Part shown: one piece after another, positions 12,952 to 27,264 of the stretch
Layout: each line of letters begins with the position of its first letter
Numbering within the stretch: the stretch's first letter is position 1
Assembly: GCA_024704765.1 (NCBI GenBank)
Contig: JAKMXF010000332.1
Span: 834,792-898,791, forward strand
Origin: Oopsacas minuta
Lineage: Eukaryota; Animalia; Porifera
DNA length: 64,000 nucleotides
Direction of reading: 5' to 3'
Notes under the pieces: generated by a model
The model's input: only the letters and a program-made list of their open reading frames with translations
What the model was told of the DNA's origin: nothing
Database searches by the model: none
Made by a program: the position numbers and the translations under genes

Positions 12952-15000
12952 AGTGACGTAGCTAGGGGGAGCCGCATTCCCTCCCTTTGCTTTGCACGAC
13001 AAATCTGGTTTTACACACTAGAATGCACAGAATACAATGCTCTCTCGACCTTAGTCATTAGTATCATTGTTGGAAAAAAGGGGTATTATTTCCAGAATTT
13101 ACAGACTATGGTTGTATTTTTTTTTCTGTCAAAAATGAATTTCTTTCTTGTTGCGTCTCGCAATTATCGTATATTTGTCTCACATGATTCTTTAAATACA
13201 ATATAGACGATATGATATCATAATAGTAATACTGTTATATCATCCTCATATTAAGGTTGAATGTCTAAAGAATGTTATTACCAATAACAAAAAGAATGTT
13301 AGTAGGTACAAATGCGGGAAAAAGCAAAGTATTATAGGTTCTTCTCCTTACTTTTGGAAATTTAGTCATAATTGGATGTTTTATTATTTTACTGTACTCT
13401 ATGTTTTGGAATCTTAGCCGACGACATAATAAAGAGGCTACTTACTGAACCAACTTTCATTTGGGAAATTATTTCCCCAAGCCACTGCAAAGATACGATC
13501 ATCTAAGCATGACAACTGGTGACTTGAATAGTAGTATACAAACGAGTATCACAAGAGTTCTAAAGACATGTGGTCTGCATTTCTTGTCAATCGAGCAAAT
13601 AGCTCTAACGTCTAGATACTAATGAACTCTCATCATCGGAAAATTTGAGAGGAAAACCGCAAATGTCAGAAACCGATAATTGATACCCAGACTTAGTCAC
13701 ATTTTTAGATGTCCTTGAGAAGCTCACGGCAGTAAAAAATGTCAAGAATCAGAATTAAGAGAGGAAGGGATTCCAAAACGATGGAAGAGTATCTACAGAG
13801 ATTCGAAGAGGACAACCAAAGGTTTTTCGCAGCAAAAGAGCCAAGGCTTACTGGGAGAAGAAGTAATCGGTAACGCTATTGTTGAAGTAGTGAAAATGTG
13901 TAGCCTATAGTAGTAGGGAGCAGTTGGGCAGAGCTACGATGGTGCTAGTGTTATGAGCAGTGGTAGTTGTCAACGTATTAATACTATAAATTCGCTGACT
14001 ACTACCACTGTTTTGCCCATTCCCTTAATCTGACCTTTCTTGATTCCAGTAAAATTCCAAATGTTCGTGATCTGATTGGTACAGTAAACAGTTACAAAAT
14101 TCTTGTTAAAAAGTAACAAGAAGAAAGTTATCCAAGCCAATGTCCTTCAACAATCTAGCGGCCACACCACTGGAGGCAGATTTCAAACTTTGTGTGAAAC
14201 AAGATGGGTAGAAAGGGCAACAGCACTTGAAAATTTTGTTGCGTACTACGTTCATCTTAAAGTCACTGATTGCTATCAGTCGTTGGCAAGACCATAAAGC
14301 AAAAGGAAAAGTGACGTCACTTTTGAAAGTAATAACAGATAGTACATTTATCTTCACCTTGTTCTGTTGTTAACAACTACCAGTAACATTGATGTACTGC
14401 CGAAAAGTACCTGCTTACAAAACCTATGGGTCATGTCCAGGATATAATGGCTACTTTTGAAGGAGAGCGATCAAATAGCGAAAACGTTTAAAGATGATCA
14501 TGCAGTGGAGACTATTGCTGTCTAAATATAGAAATTGTTTCACATGGTGTTTGCAACAGATCCACACAGACAGCTAATCTAAATGTGACTTCCCACATGG
14601 ATTATTTTCGCATCAGCATTCACATTCCATTCCTTGATATGGCCCTCCATCAATTAATGTTCCTTTTCTATGAAAAATCCAAGTTTCCCGGAATTTCGAA
14701 ATATTGTTTCTTTCTAAATGTTACATCGATGATGCCATGGAGGAACAATTCGAAAAGCTTTAGAGAACGTATTTTTCACTACTTCATGCCAACAACGTAG
14801 CAATCAGAAGATACGTGATGAAGAATGCTCTTAAACAATATCGACAATCGGTAATGAAATAGAAGAGACAAGTTTTGAGAAGTCTCCTCTTGACCATTTC
14901 ACAAAAGTGCGAACTGTATTGTCGACGTTTGTCCAACTATTCAGGCACTTTGGCAATTACTAGTATCCTAGATAACATTCCTGTGATTTGCGTATGATTA
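12952..15000 (+). mobile_element. Degenerate hAT (PRKRIR/THAP12-like) remnant; only the left TIR is seen
   Basis: Starts cagtgacgtagctagggg. Peptide islands GQSYDGASVMS (~13927), TLCETRWVER (~14187) and DYFRISIHIPFLD (~14600). Confidence 0.6.
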
Positions 15001-15378
15001 TTATATTGTTGTTAAAACACACTTCACTATATCGAAGCTGTACATATTTAACTGTGTTATGAATGAGTATGCATAAAAACCCAATAAAGTGTAGTCTTCA
15101 AATTTAATTATGATACGCCTATATAACCGCACTAGGTGAATTGATACAGTAAAGAACTTTTGGACAGGCCATGCCATTTGCTTCTATCTATATAGAAGCA
15201 TATCATATACACTGTCTAAATAATCGCAAATGGGCAAACAATCATTCCAAACATTACTAAACCCTACAAAAGGAGGCTGTTATATATAAGTGTTACAAAC
15301 AATTTCATACTGATGATTGAAATTGAATATTCTATAATAGCTATCGTGGGAGGTCTGAAATGCACCAAAGCATGCTTA

Positions 15379-16709
15379 TCAGGGCGTTTAATAAATCTTG
15401 CGGGTCATGATATATCTTAGGAATTAGTCAAGTAATATATCTAACTTTCATATATTATAAGCCCATATAGTTAAGCTCCATATACTGAAAGTTTCAAGCT
15501 TATTCCATACAAATTACTAATTTTTGAGATAGTTACTTGTAGTCAATTTATACCCACTGTTGAATTTATGGCTTCAAAGGATGATAATTTCAATCTCAAA
15601 TGGCGAGCTTACAAAGAGTTTCGCACAATTCTCAAGATCCAGCCCGTACAGATCTTCAGCGAGTTACAGGGGGTATTGTGCGTGGATTGCCCTTCCAGAT
15701 CTACTCTAGAGCGATGGGCTGCCCGTTTGAGATCTGGTGATGCTGATGTCACAGATTCGCCTTGATCTGGAAGACCGGTATCCGCCACCACTTCAGAGAA
15801 TATCGCACTCATTGAAAGTATAGTCTGGAAGACAAGTGCATTACTGTCAATCAGTTAGAACAAAGTATAGAGATTTCATCGGGAGCTATTCATACAATTC
15901 TGACGACTGAGTTGGCTATCGATCGATTTGTGGGAAATGAGTCCCGCATAAGCTCAGTGAGAATCAAAGGTTGGCACGACTGAATATTGCCAAGAAACTC
16001 TTGGAAACTTATGAGATCTGCGATTCTAGACGCCTAACAGATATTATTACTGGTGACGAGACGTGAGTGTACTATTCAACACCAAATAGCAAGTATAAGA
16101 AGCGATCATGGGTGAGGGGCGACGAACAACCGGCGAAAGTTCCTAGGCCCGACTTCAGAAAACCTAAGATTATGTATACCATCTTCTTCAGTAGTCATGG
16201 AATTGTCTTGCAATTACCTTGTGAGAGTGGCAAGGCTATTACTACTACTTTCTTTACAGAGCAAGTGCTTCCAAATTTGATAAAAAATATAGAAAAGTAC
16301 CGCCCGAAAACCGGAACTCGAGGAATGAAGATTTTAATTGATAACGCCAGTTCCCATACATTGAGCTACCAAAAATATCTTGGATGTAGAAGAGTTAGAA
16401 ATACTTCCCCATCCACCATACTCCCCAGACTTAGCTCCTTGTGATTTTTGGCTATTCCCCAACCTTAAAATCTACCTTCAAGGCAAAGATTTTAACACAT
16501 TACAAGCACTCGGAAGGGCCTGTACCAGTACTTCAAATCCATCCCCGAAGAAGAGTACCGAAATGTGTTTTACAAGTGGGTGGAAAGGTTAAAACTTTGT
16601 GTATCTGCAGGAGGGGATTACTTTGAATAAATAATACAATGAATTAGTGTGTATAGTGTTTGTATCATATTCTATGATATCACCCGCAAAGACTTATTGA
16701 ACGCCCTAG
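15379..16709 (+). mobile_element. mariner transposon, defective (transposase 15568-16630)
   Basis: Imperfect TIRs tcagggcgtttaataaatctt / aagacttattgaacgccctag with TA flanks. Motifs TGDET and YSPDLAPCDFWLF. Several stops and frameshifts. Confidence 0.9.
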
Positions 16710-17038
16710 TATTTGGTACTTAAGCAGGAATATTTGGTACTTTAATCGTGCTAATTTGGTACACACATTTATGTTGAATATTAGCGATATTGAATGGAAC
16801 GTCTTTGTCAATTATGAATGATACTTACCTAGATTACGATTAGGCCAGCAACAATGCAATGCCTCGAGGTATGAATACGGGATATGCAAAAGAGAAAATT
16901 TCACTTTATCTGGAGCGATTCTCACAGTTAACTAGTGAGAAATCAGAATTGAGTTTACTTGGCTAGGGAATTTGCCGATGCTCAGTAACGAGACATTCAA
17001 GAATTTTACGATCTGATTCACTCTGATTTCAATGATAA

Positions 17039-19355
17039 CACAGCCCTGCGGAATAAAAAATTTTATTTGCTGATTGTTATTGCAAAACATTTTCTAATCC
17101 ACATTTTAATACTGATTTTGAATAATTTTGTAAAATATACGTATCACGTCTAGTTTTTTTGCAAAATTATTTTTAAATATTGGTATATTTATCGATGAAT
17201 GCATGATACCTCTACAAGTAAAATAGTGAAAATCTGCCATTTATAAATTTTTACTAAGAATTACAATAAAATTTTTATTGATAATATAATCTTAGTTAAT
17301 AAATAATTTGAATATATTAGTCTGAATCAGGAGTAAATTTCCGTTTTTTTGACATTCTAGCATGAATAACATCAATACAATCTCTCTTGAGGCACCAGCA
17401 GTAATCAGCCATCATATGAACGTCCCACCTCCCCTGATATCGTGTTTCCATTGTTTTTATGTCTTGGTGGAATCGTTCACCTTGCTCCTCGGAAACAGCT
17501 CCAAGATTCTCTGGAAAATAGTCAATATGACTGTGAAGAAAGTGAACTTTTACACTCACATTGCAGCCGAGATTCTTGTAAGATTCAATCAACTCATTCA
17601 CAAGTATTTTATAATTAGGAGATTTCGTTTTTCCCAAGAAGTTTTTCATGACATCTACAAATGCATTCCATGCACATTTTTCTTTGCATATCATAGAATT
17701 TGAAAAATTATCATCTCGAACAAGTTGTCTTATCTGAGGACCGTCGAATATACCGGCAATTCTTTTTTCATCACTTAGATAGTAAAACTTCTCGGTAATA
17801 TATTTGAAACAATTTCCTTCTTTATCTAATGCCCTTACAAACTGTTTCATCAATCCTAATTTTATATTAAGTGGTGGAAGCAAAATCTTGAGAGGATCCA
17901 CTAGATGCTCGTGAATAATGTTCTTATCTCCAACATTAAGATTGGTTCTAGCTGGCCAGCTCTGTCTAGAATAGTGTTCGCTCTTTGCACGACTGTCCCA
18001 TAAGCATAAAAAACAAGGGTATTTTGTATATCCTGATTGCTGTCCCAAAAGAATACATATGATTTTTAAGTCACCACAGATTACCCAATTGTGCTGGTTA
18101 TAATTAATTTTATGAAGCACAATTTTCATGTTATCATATCGTTCCTTTAAACTTACTAAATGTCCAATTGGTATGGAACTAAATTTGTTGCCATTATGAA
18201 GTAGAACACATTTCAAACTTTGTTTTGAACTATCAATAAAGAGTCTCCAATCATTAGGTACATACGGACATCCAAGAGCATTAACTAGCGGTGAAACATC
18301 ATGACAAAACACAAATCCGTCTTCCATTATGAAATATTTCAAAAATTCGATCTCTCTGTCCCTATATGAGTAAAATTTTGTTTCTGGGAGAAGCAAGTTT
18401 TTTTCTTTTAGCCTAGAACCTAACAACGCAGATTCTTTAGGTAAATCTAAATCACGTACCAAATCATTTAATTCAGACTGATTAAATAACTGTGGAGAAT
18501 TAGAACGAGATAATACACACGGAATAAAATCCTCATCTTCTCTGATTAATGAATCTCTAGTTTCACAATCATCAATTTCCGAGATAACATCCAAATTAGT
18601 AAATTTTGGAACAGGTACATCAATAGAATGGGGAACGGGTCGTATTGCTGAATGTAAATTTGGATACTTGATCAATGACTTGGTTTTAGCATTGAATCCG
18701 GAAATATTCGCCATACAAAAGTAACAATTGCTAATGTGATTTTGTGGCTCTCTCCATATCATTGGAATTCCAAAACTTAAACTCTTTCTGATTCCTTTTG
18801 TCCATTGTCTCAAATTTTCTACACAAGATCGGCACACTGTATGTGGAGCCCATGTTTTGTCTTGATCACCTAATCTCATTCCAAAATATCCTAAATATGC
18901 TTTTTTAACAAATCCTGTTATTGCCGTAGTTTGTTTAGAAGTCATAAAACTCCCACAAATATAACAAAAGACGTCTGGATCATTACTGCACCTTCTCCGA
19001 TAAGCCATATGATAATAAAATATCAAAATAGTAGACTATAGTACAATAAAGCTGTATATAACAAAAATAAAGATAAAAAAAATTATGTAGAAAAGAATGG
19101 AGTTAAAGGGACTAATTAGAAAATGCAATAAAGCACGCATCTGTTTATTTCAAAAGACAAAAATTCACACATGTATCAAATATAATCATTTATTCTAGGG
19201 AAGTGTACTTAAAAAAATCGACTTACATTAAAATGACATTTGAGTAAAAACGAGACATGATAGGGGAATTCTGATGACAGATTGAGAATCAGCATACTCA
19301 AGTTAACTAAAAACAACCCATGGATAATAATCAGCAAATTTGACGCAGGGCAGTG
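17039..19355 (-). mobile_element. Chapaev3-type DNA transposon, full length, TAA TSD
   Basis: Termini cacagccctgcg / cgcagggcagtg (11/12). TAA at 17036-17038 and 19356-19358. One long ORF. Confidence 0.85.
17317..19008 (-). CDS. Chapaev3-type transposase, uninterrupted ORF (563 aa from the first ATG)
   Basis: FCYICG..GDQDKTWAPHTVC..WREPQNH..CYFC; WRLFIDSSK; CGDLK; YPCFLC; HFLHSH; EEQGERFHQDI; MADYCW. Confidence 0.85.
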   Translation of the reverse strand: MAYRRRCSNDPDVFCYICGSFMTSKQTTAITGFVKKAYLGYFGMRLGDQDKTWAPHTVCRSCVENLRQWTKGIRKSLSFGIPMIWREPQNHISNCYFCMANISGFNAKTKSLIKYPNLHSAIRPVPHSIDVPVPKFTNLDVISEIDDCETRDSLIREDEDFIPCVLSRSNSPQLFNQSELNDLVRDLDLPKESALLGSRLKEKNLLLPETKFYSYRDREIEFLKYFIMEDGFVFCHDVSPLVNALGCPYVPNDWRLFIDSSKQSLKCVLLHNGNKFSSIPIGHLVSLKERYDNMKIVLHKINYNQHNWVICGDLKIICILLGQQSGYTKYPCFLCLWDSRAKSEHYSRQSWPARTNLNVGDKNIIHEHLVDPLKILLPPLNIKLGLMKQFVRALDKEGNCFKYITEKFYYLSDEKRIAGIFDGPQIRQLVRDDNFSNSMICKEKCAWNAFVDVMKNFLGKTKSPNYKILVNELIESYKNLGCNVSVKVHFLHSHIDYFPENLGAVSEEQGERFHQDIKTMETRYQGRWDVHMMADYCWCLKRDCIDVIHARMSKKRKFTPDSD

Positions 19356-20177
19356 TAATACTGTTTCCACCTTCGAAAGATGATCTCTTTGATCATTCAA
19401 CAATTCACCTGTTCGAATTATCTTCGTTCTATCAAATTTAATTTGTTGTTCAATGTTTCATTATTTCTGGCATTCATTAGGCAAATATTGCAAGTTTTGG
19501 AAAGATGCATCTCACAAACCTTTTTTGGTAGCGAGAAGATGTTCCGTTACCTCTTCTTGAACATAAAGAGTATTTAGACCACAACACAACTGAAGCATGT
19601 CCCGTTCCTATTGACCATCAAGTCGATGGCAGTTCAGAATTTGAGACTCAATCATCTACTTTATTCAACAATATCGAAGTCGACGATCCACTTTATAAGC
19701 AAAGCGTGAGCGAGACTCCAATCAAACACTATTTCCCATCTACATTCAAATTTACAACCAGATCACACTTCACCCTAGATGGAATCGATTGTGAATTTAA
19801 TTTTCAAAAGGTCTATTATTCGAGTTCCTATCGGAGCAAAAGTTTAGTTGAGTATATGCGTTCCAGATGTATGGAGGGGTTATCAGACCCTCATACTTTC
19901 CTCACAACAGGCGCAACAATGAACGCATTTTGTGTAAGTTGTTATCCAAGAATACTATTTCTTGATATTTGGATTAGTGTCCACACACATATATTTGGAT
20001 TTAGGATCTATTAAAACACAACTACCCCCATCTTTTTGGGCTTGCAAGACCCTATTCTTTCAATTGTGTGTCAATACATTTGATAGTACATACATAATTG
20101 TTATACTTTATCTATGTATTCAATTTACATTTATTCAATGTTTCTTGTGACTACTGTGTGGTAGCTAGTTTTGTATA

Positions 20178-21446
20178 CGAAGGGCACTCGAAAAGTTTTG
20201 ACGTTGACTGACATATCAGATAGTAATCATAAATTTGACTATTTCATTTTTTCTGAATACTCTCCCCGACAATCTATACATTTTTCCACTCTTCTTTGGG
20301 TATGTCTCCGATCGCTTGGAAAAGTGCCCTTCTCAACTCCTCATTAGTCGAAAATCTCCTCCCACGTAATTGATCTTTGAGTCTAGGGAACAACCAGAAG
20401 TCGCAAGGGGTTAAATCAGGACTGTAGGGTGGTGAGGTAATGTTTTGAGTCCAGAATTTTCCAAAAACCTACGAGTTCTGATTGCTGTATATGATGATGC
20501 ATTATCATGATGAAGTAGAATCCCTCTAATGCCTGTCTTCTCCCGCTATGACTCAATTGCTGTGATGACTTTGGGAAGGCACACTGGAGTGTACCAGTCG
20601 GCAGCAACAGTCTTTCTATCCTCGAGAGCGATAGCTTCGACAAACCGACTAGATCTGAAAAAAATCGCCCACATTTGTTTCCCAATAGATCTAGCCCTCC
20701 GCAATTTGGTTGGAGGTGGGGCATCTTCTTCAACCCACTCCTTTGACATTCGCTTTGTTTCTGGTTCATAATGGTATATCCATGTCTCATCACCTGTAAG
20801 GATCTTAGAAACAGCTCTGGAACTTCCAATAGCAAACCTTTTTAGCATAATTTTGCAAAAGTCTATGCGGGATATTTTCGCTGTAAGTTCAAAGAATGGG
20901 GATCCATCGGGCACACAACTTCCTGACACAAAGCTCTTTGTGCAAAATGATATTGTTGTCCCCGATGATAACTCGGCTTCATACTCTAACTGAGCGTACG
21001 TAATATGAGGATCTTTAGTAATTAGATCTAGCATTTCGTTAACATTTCTTCATTATGTGAAATATTCTGTCTTCCTGAACGAGGGTCATCTTCAAGAATA
21101 AATTTTCCGGGAATAAATTCCTTGTACCATCGTTCAACTGTACTTAGAGAAGGAGCTAGATCCGGGAAATGTTCCTGTAAAGATTCATAGATTTCTATTC
21201 TTGTATTCTGTAGTTTGAATAAGATCTAAATCATTGCTCGAAAATCACGATTTGTAAGATCTTATTTAGATTGAGATATTTTAGAAGCCATGTGTACTAA
21301 AATTATCTAATTTATGAAAGTAGAAGAGATAAATGAATGAAAGTTTAAAGTATACTAATAAAATGTGCCTGAAAAATGGATGCGGAAAAATATCCGACAT
21401 ATTAATGGTTTCATATCAAACGGCAAAACTTTTCGATTGCCCCTGG
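20178..21446 (-). mobile_element. mariner transposon (different family), defective (transposase ~20239-21291)
   Basis: TIRs cgaagggcactcgaaaagttttg / caaaacttttcgattgcccctgg with TA flanks. Motifs LTGDETWIYHYEP, LHHDNAS and YSPDLTPCDFWLF. Confidence 0.88.
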
Positions 21447-24400
21447 TATATTCAAATTAGTTTACAATAGGCAATCCCAAATCTCCAAAAGCAAGCCTAC
21501 AGATCCATCATGATGTGCTACTTCACCGAGTAGCATCCAGCCTAACTTATGAGGGAATGGTATCCATAAATGATTCATTGTTTACTGGAATCAGTAATGA
21601 GTTGAAAGTACATTTACCTGTATTGTATAGCTAGAATTTTTCTCAACTTCAAGTTTCTGTTGCAGAGATGCAGCAACAAAGATTGGGCCTAATTGTAGAG
21701 TATTTGTTGCTGCTACATCTTTGGCATTAGAAATCGGTGATGTTCCGAGCCAACTTAGGTGGCGTCAAGTTTAAATGTGAGGACATTTTAAAGAGTGTTT
21801 CTGTACTGAAGTTCTTACCCTGTGCAAGTGCTAGTAATTTATCAAGGTATTGTGATATTTATGTATCAGAGTACTATTACTAGAATTACAGTTTTAACAG
21901 TAATCTGTATAGTAATACCACACATATTGTATACACGAATTTGGGTTGAGATTCTTCTACGTAAAAGTCGTGAAGAGTTCACAAATTTGTGAGTGTATTT
22001 CCATATCTTCTGTTTTGACGGAATTTAATGAATATGATATATTACACTTATGGTTACCCGAATGAAATCTTGTCAACAAAGAACGAATTATGACTGAATA
22101 GCTCTGGTTCTCTACATTTATTATTTAAGAATTATATTGAATGTGTAAGTATATACTTAACTCTAAGTGCCTTGAATGCAGGTTGTATGTAGATTACATG
22201 CATCATCATAGATAATCGTTGAAGGTGGAGTGCTGAAGTGAGTGAGTATACTTTTGGGGATAGTAAGAGTTGATTGCCTTTCGCGTATTACTTGGAGTCA
22301 TAACAGTACTTGTGTTTGCATGCAAAAACTAGAAACAATGAGAAAACTTCCAGTGCTTGGGACACACCTTTTTACATCCCACTGATGTCTCTCAAGTAGT
22401 CTCGTAAAAATAGGTATCTTAGATTAGTATATTCATATTATAATTCTAGGAATGAAATCCATGTTTTTGTGTCAATACCAACTTGCTTATAATTCTTTGA
22501 AACGCGGGAAATAATTGTGAATGTCATCGGGAGCCGGTGGAACTTCGACAAGTCTTTGAGTCGGCGTTTTGAAAGAGCATCGATGTGCAATAATATGAAA
22601 TTCAATAGGGCAGTAATGTTAGAATGGAAACAAACACTTTAGGTGACAAAATTTGGCTGATGGGAATTGATAATATTTCTAAATTTTGAATTCTTGAACA
22701 TAGATTCGAAAGCTTGGATTATCAATGAATTTACCGTGGGACAATCCAACTAACAATTGACACTCGTTCTTCGTAAATAGAGACATTTGGAATATTCCAG
22801 AGAGAGGTTCTGACTGACACAATTCCTAGATAACTTGTTTACGTTTCGAAGGTTGCGACCAATTTTGATGTAATCTCTCATTTGTACAACACTGAAATTA
22901 ATATTATCACCAAACTCATTTGGATTTGGTGCATCTATCGTTGTAAGTTTCTTCTAATACCTACAAAACAGGTGTAGTAGCATTCTTCTCACAACGGGAG
23001 TATGAATGAATATTCGTTCAGCTAACAAATAAGTTAGAGTATTTGAGACTCATCCAATAAAGGCTGAAGTATTTTTTTTGATTGTCCCCATTTTAATACA
23101 ATCCATTTTAATCACGTCAAGTTTATCTTCCCAAGTTGTACAAGCAAAGTTGATTCTATATTCATTATCTACCTTACTTAAATGAGCATTCCAAGCATGC
23201 TGGAAATATGATATTTCAATTGTCCTTGTCTTTCTATTCTTCGCATGTAATTACCTTTTGCTCTAAAAGTACTTAAACATACATAAAATGTTTATACTTA
23301 GGCATTGCCTTTGTTAATGTGAAACTCGTGTCAGCTCCACATGAGATTAAAATTAGCAAGCTTGCAGGAGGGTGGTGTGAAATCAAGGAAGTATCTAGGA
23401 ATGCCAGACGTTCCTATAGTGCATGATTATTGATGGAATTGTACACAGGATCGTGCTCGGAATAACTTGTATTACCTCTGGTGTGAAATAATGACAAAAA
23501 TGAAGATATTCTTCCACTAGCCAACCAAATGCAGATGGCCAATATTAACCAAGTTCTAACCAACACTGGCCTATATGGATATATTTTCTATTTGTGGTAA
23601 TGTTGCTTTATAACTTTGTGGTTATGCATAATATAATTGACTTTTGGGGTCAACAATTTAGTATGCATGCACTCTGGACTTCAACTATCTAGTAGGATGA
23701 AAAGATGACACATAATGATAATCATGAGTATGATATCAATTACCCAATAATTATCAATGATAATGGAATATTCACGATTAAGTACCTTGACTACAATTCA
23801 CTTCTTATTTATCCCTGGTCCAGAAAATAATTATAGTGTCTAGTCCTTATATTTCTTAGTTCACGGTATTCGCTGTCTCACCTAATGGAATGGACAAACA
23901 CAAAAGATCGTTTGTAGCCTCTGGGCATTCTTCAAGAACACTCGTCAAGAGTTTATTGTGATTGTTAATATGGATGGTAATGCATTTATCAAATTTTAAG
24001 CTATCTGCCCAATATTCATGTTATATGGCTCTTAAAATAGAAACCTTCTTCAGCTAGCGCTACCAAAGGGAGGAGCCGAGGGGTGGAATGAAAATTTTTG
24101 ATTTGGAATTCCCATAGCAATAAATTGATTCTCATACCCACGGCAATCCTGTAGTATTTCACTTATAATACATCGATGGTAAGAAATCGATTGGAAACAT
24201 CAAATTTATGTGAAAGTAGTATTTCATATGTGTTTAGCGGAATTCAAGATACTTAAGGATAAGATATTTATCGTTATAGTATTTGTTAATATTGCAAACC
24301 CATGAGTTTTAACAATAGTTTCGAAACAAGGGTGATTTTGAAAATTTTAGTTTCCAGGGTGTAATTCCACACTAATGTATTGCAGTACATCAGAATAAGT

Positions 24401-24599
24401 TATGAAACGAATTAGGTATTCACAGACTACCAATTTAAATCAATATCTGGCTACCTGACTACCTGGGCAGGAAGAGAGTCATATATTTCATTTTGTTTGG
24501 TGTAAATATTTCATTTTTTAAACTCTCAAGACAAATTGTTTGGTCTATATCTTCTCAAATTAGTTGAAATATACTAATTTGAGTTCAAAATAACAAGTA

Positions 24600-25161
24600 C
24601 AGTGGAACCCCGCTTAATGGCCACCTCGATATACCGGCCACTGTTTAAAGTCCCGTTTAATATACTATAGACATTAACATTAATTTATTTCAGAATTCCG
24701 GCCATACTTTTAGAACGAAACCCTATTTTAACCTCAGAAGTACGACCAATCTTAACAATAGGAATCACTATTGGATGTTTGAAAACGAAAACAATTTCTG
24801 GACAATTAAATAACAATACTTTGGAGTGTATACATATAAATGCAAAGCAGATTAATGAGACAGCAATTCATACGTTATTAATGGCATCGAGCAAACGTAA
24901 TGACTGATGACCTCACTTTGATATCTTCTATTTGAAGATAGAGTTAACGAAAAGGCCATTTATGCATGTTTTTCAGATAGCAAACAATCAAAGTTAGATG
25001 CATATTTTAACTAATAATTATGTATTAGCATGTTATAATTATTATAGTATGGTAAATATTAATAAAATATGGTTTCTTTCAAAAGTTTCACAATTACGGC
25101 CCCCGAAATTATGGCCATTTTTCTCGGTCCCATGGGTGACCGTATTTTCGGGGTTCCACTG
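24600..25161. mobile_element. pogo/Tigger-like MITE (562 bp)
   Basis: Perfect 13-bp TIR cagtggaaccccg, TA on both sides, no ORF. Confidence 0.75.
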
Positions 25162-25953
25162 TATCTTCAATATATACCCCTTTGCTCTAAGTTATAAATA
25201 TATGATACGAATAGATTTAATGAGACCAGAAAAGTGGGATTTTTTGAGAGTAACATGTATATAAATTGAATAGAATAACTATAGAAACTGTTGAGAGTTC
25301 AAGCTGTACAACAAGTTTCAGCATCAAATATATATCGGACTGCGAAAAAGTTTTGAATTCTCATCAAGTGTACATGGATTTAGGTAAGAAACTAATATAA
25401 TTGAGTTTAATTATGATACTAATATGATACTATAATATACATATTTCCGGAAGCTTATATATATAAATCGTCCTCTACGTTACAAGTACAACATATCACT
25501 ATTTGACTTGAGCAACTATTATACACCGAAGAGCAGAATTCCGATCAATAGAAATATGCTAATATTCATCGAAATTTAGAATTTTTTGATATTTTGTACA
25601 GTCATGATGATGTAATTATCACGTGATGAATTTGCATTTTTCAGAATCATGACATCAGGACATATGTCATATTGAGGGATACATGTGATTCAATTTCAAA
25701 CTTCTATCATGTACATTGGCTGAGCAGTGGTTAATAATGTGATTTTTGTAAACCCAAAAAGGTGAAAATGATGTCATAATTTTATAATACAGTGGAATCC
25801 GCTTAATCGGGACTCGGATGATCGGGATATCGAATCGGTTAATCGAGATTTTTTATCTTGATTACCGATTATTTCATCGTTCATAATTAGTTAATCCGTA
25901 ATTCTTATCACGTAACTGAATATGAAAATTCTATTCATTAAATGGAACATCTA

Positions 25954-27264
25954 CAGGGTGTCTAATAAGTTCTGTTATACATTTTCGCGCCTTAGACAGT
26001 AGCTATTAATATACTTATGAAGTAATCTTCTAGAATTTCTTGTAGCATTTTTGGCGCTCTTTCAAATTATACCAAGTATATATCATTCAAGTTGATGATT
26101 TCCCAGAAAATCATGCTAGAAGAAATTCGTTCAAAAATTGTCACTTTTCACGAATCTGGATTTAGCAATAGTGAAATTCTAAAAAGGCTAAAAAATGATA
26201 AAGTGAATCCCATGTTGATCTATCGCACAATAAAACGATATATAGAGACTGACAGCGTGTCCGACAGGAAACGAATTGGTCGTCCAAGATCCGCCCGCAC
26301 ACCAGCCCTGAAGAATAGTGTTAGATGTCAAATCCTAAGAAATCCCCGGCGTTCAATGCGAAAAATGTCTCGTGAATTCTGTGTCAATCACGAAACGATG
26401 CGGAAATTGGTTGTAGAGGACCTAGGAATGAAGTCCTATAAGCGGAAAACGTACACCATCTTAATGACTCCATACGTCGTAAGCGATTCGAAAGATGCAT
26501 ACAACTAAAAGCCCGATTCGCTCCTGGGACTGAAGATCAGATTCTCTTCTCAGATGAGAAGCTGTTCACGGTTGAGGAGGCAAGCAATCGTCAAAACCAC
26601 CGTATACTTGCTTCTCGAAGTCAGGATATCTCAGATAGCATCAAGTACATTGATAGAGTCCAGAAGCCTCTTTCTCTGATGGTATGGGCGGGAGTGTCGG
26701 CAGACTCACGGACAAACCTGATTTTTGTCCCCCAAGGAGTGGAAATAAACTCCCAGACGTACAGAGAACTGGTCTTGGAGCCTGAAATTGCGTCTGCGGG
26801 TGAGAAGCTCTTTCAAAACCATCCTTGGACTTACCAACAAGACTCTGCGCCTGCACATGCTTCAAAAGTATCCCAGAGTTGGTTCCGTGAGCAAAATATC
26901 GATTTCATAAGTAAGGATGAATGGCCACCATCAAGCCCAGATTTAAACCCACTCGACTATTCTGTTTGGGCAAACTTGGAGAGCAGGGCCTGTGCGAAAT
27001 CTCACAAGAGTTTGGAGTCCCTCAAAGTTAGTTTGTTGAGTGAATGGCAGAAAATCCCACAGGAGGAGCTGCGAAAAGCTGTCCATCAGTTTCGGAGCAG
27101 ACTAACTTCCGTAATTCATAAAAAGGGAGGCTATATTGAATGATATTTGTAATTTGTAATTAGGAACATAAGTCCTAAGAAGATAGAAAGTGTCATGGCT
27201 TTACAATGGATAAATTTGAAATTATTGGGGAATTGATATATAACAGAACTTATTAGACACCCTG
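25954..27264 (+). mobile_element. maT (DD37D) Tc1/mariner transposon
   Basis: Perfect 26-bp TIR cagggtgtctaataagttctgttata with TA flanks. Motifs FSDEK, QQDSAPAH and SPDLNPLD, with 37 residues between the second and third D. Confidence 0.92.
26092..27143 (+). pseudogene. maT transposase with a single frameshift in the A-run at 26446-26449
   Basis: Adding one base gives KRKNVHHLNDSIRRKRFERC...ILFSDEKLF, in frame with ORF 26679-27143. Confidence 0.85.

Noticed and set aside
16711-16765. Three atttggtac repeats, considered as a CRISPR-like or regulatory array
   Set aside because: A 9-bp unit with irregular short spacers in eukaryotic DNA; probably TE subterminal repeats. No CRISPR array or cas gene was seen anywhere.
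21500-23750. Possible LINE/Penelope reverse-transcriptase remnant (HAWNAHL..INFACTTWED; YGYP)
   Set aside because: Only short fuzzy motifs on conflicting strands, with no YxDD or continuous frame; too weak to call.
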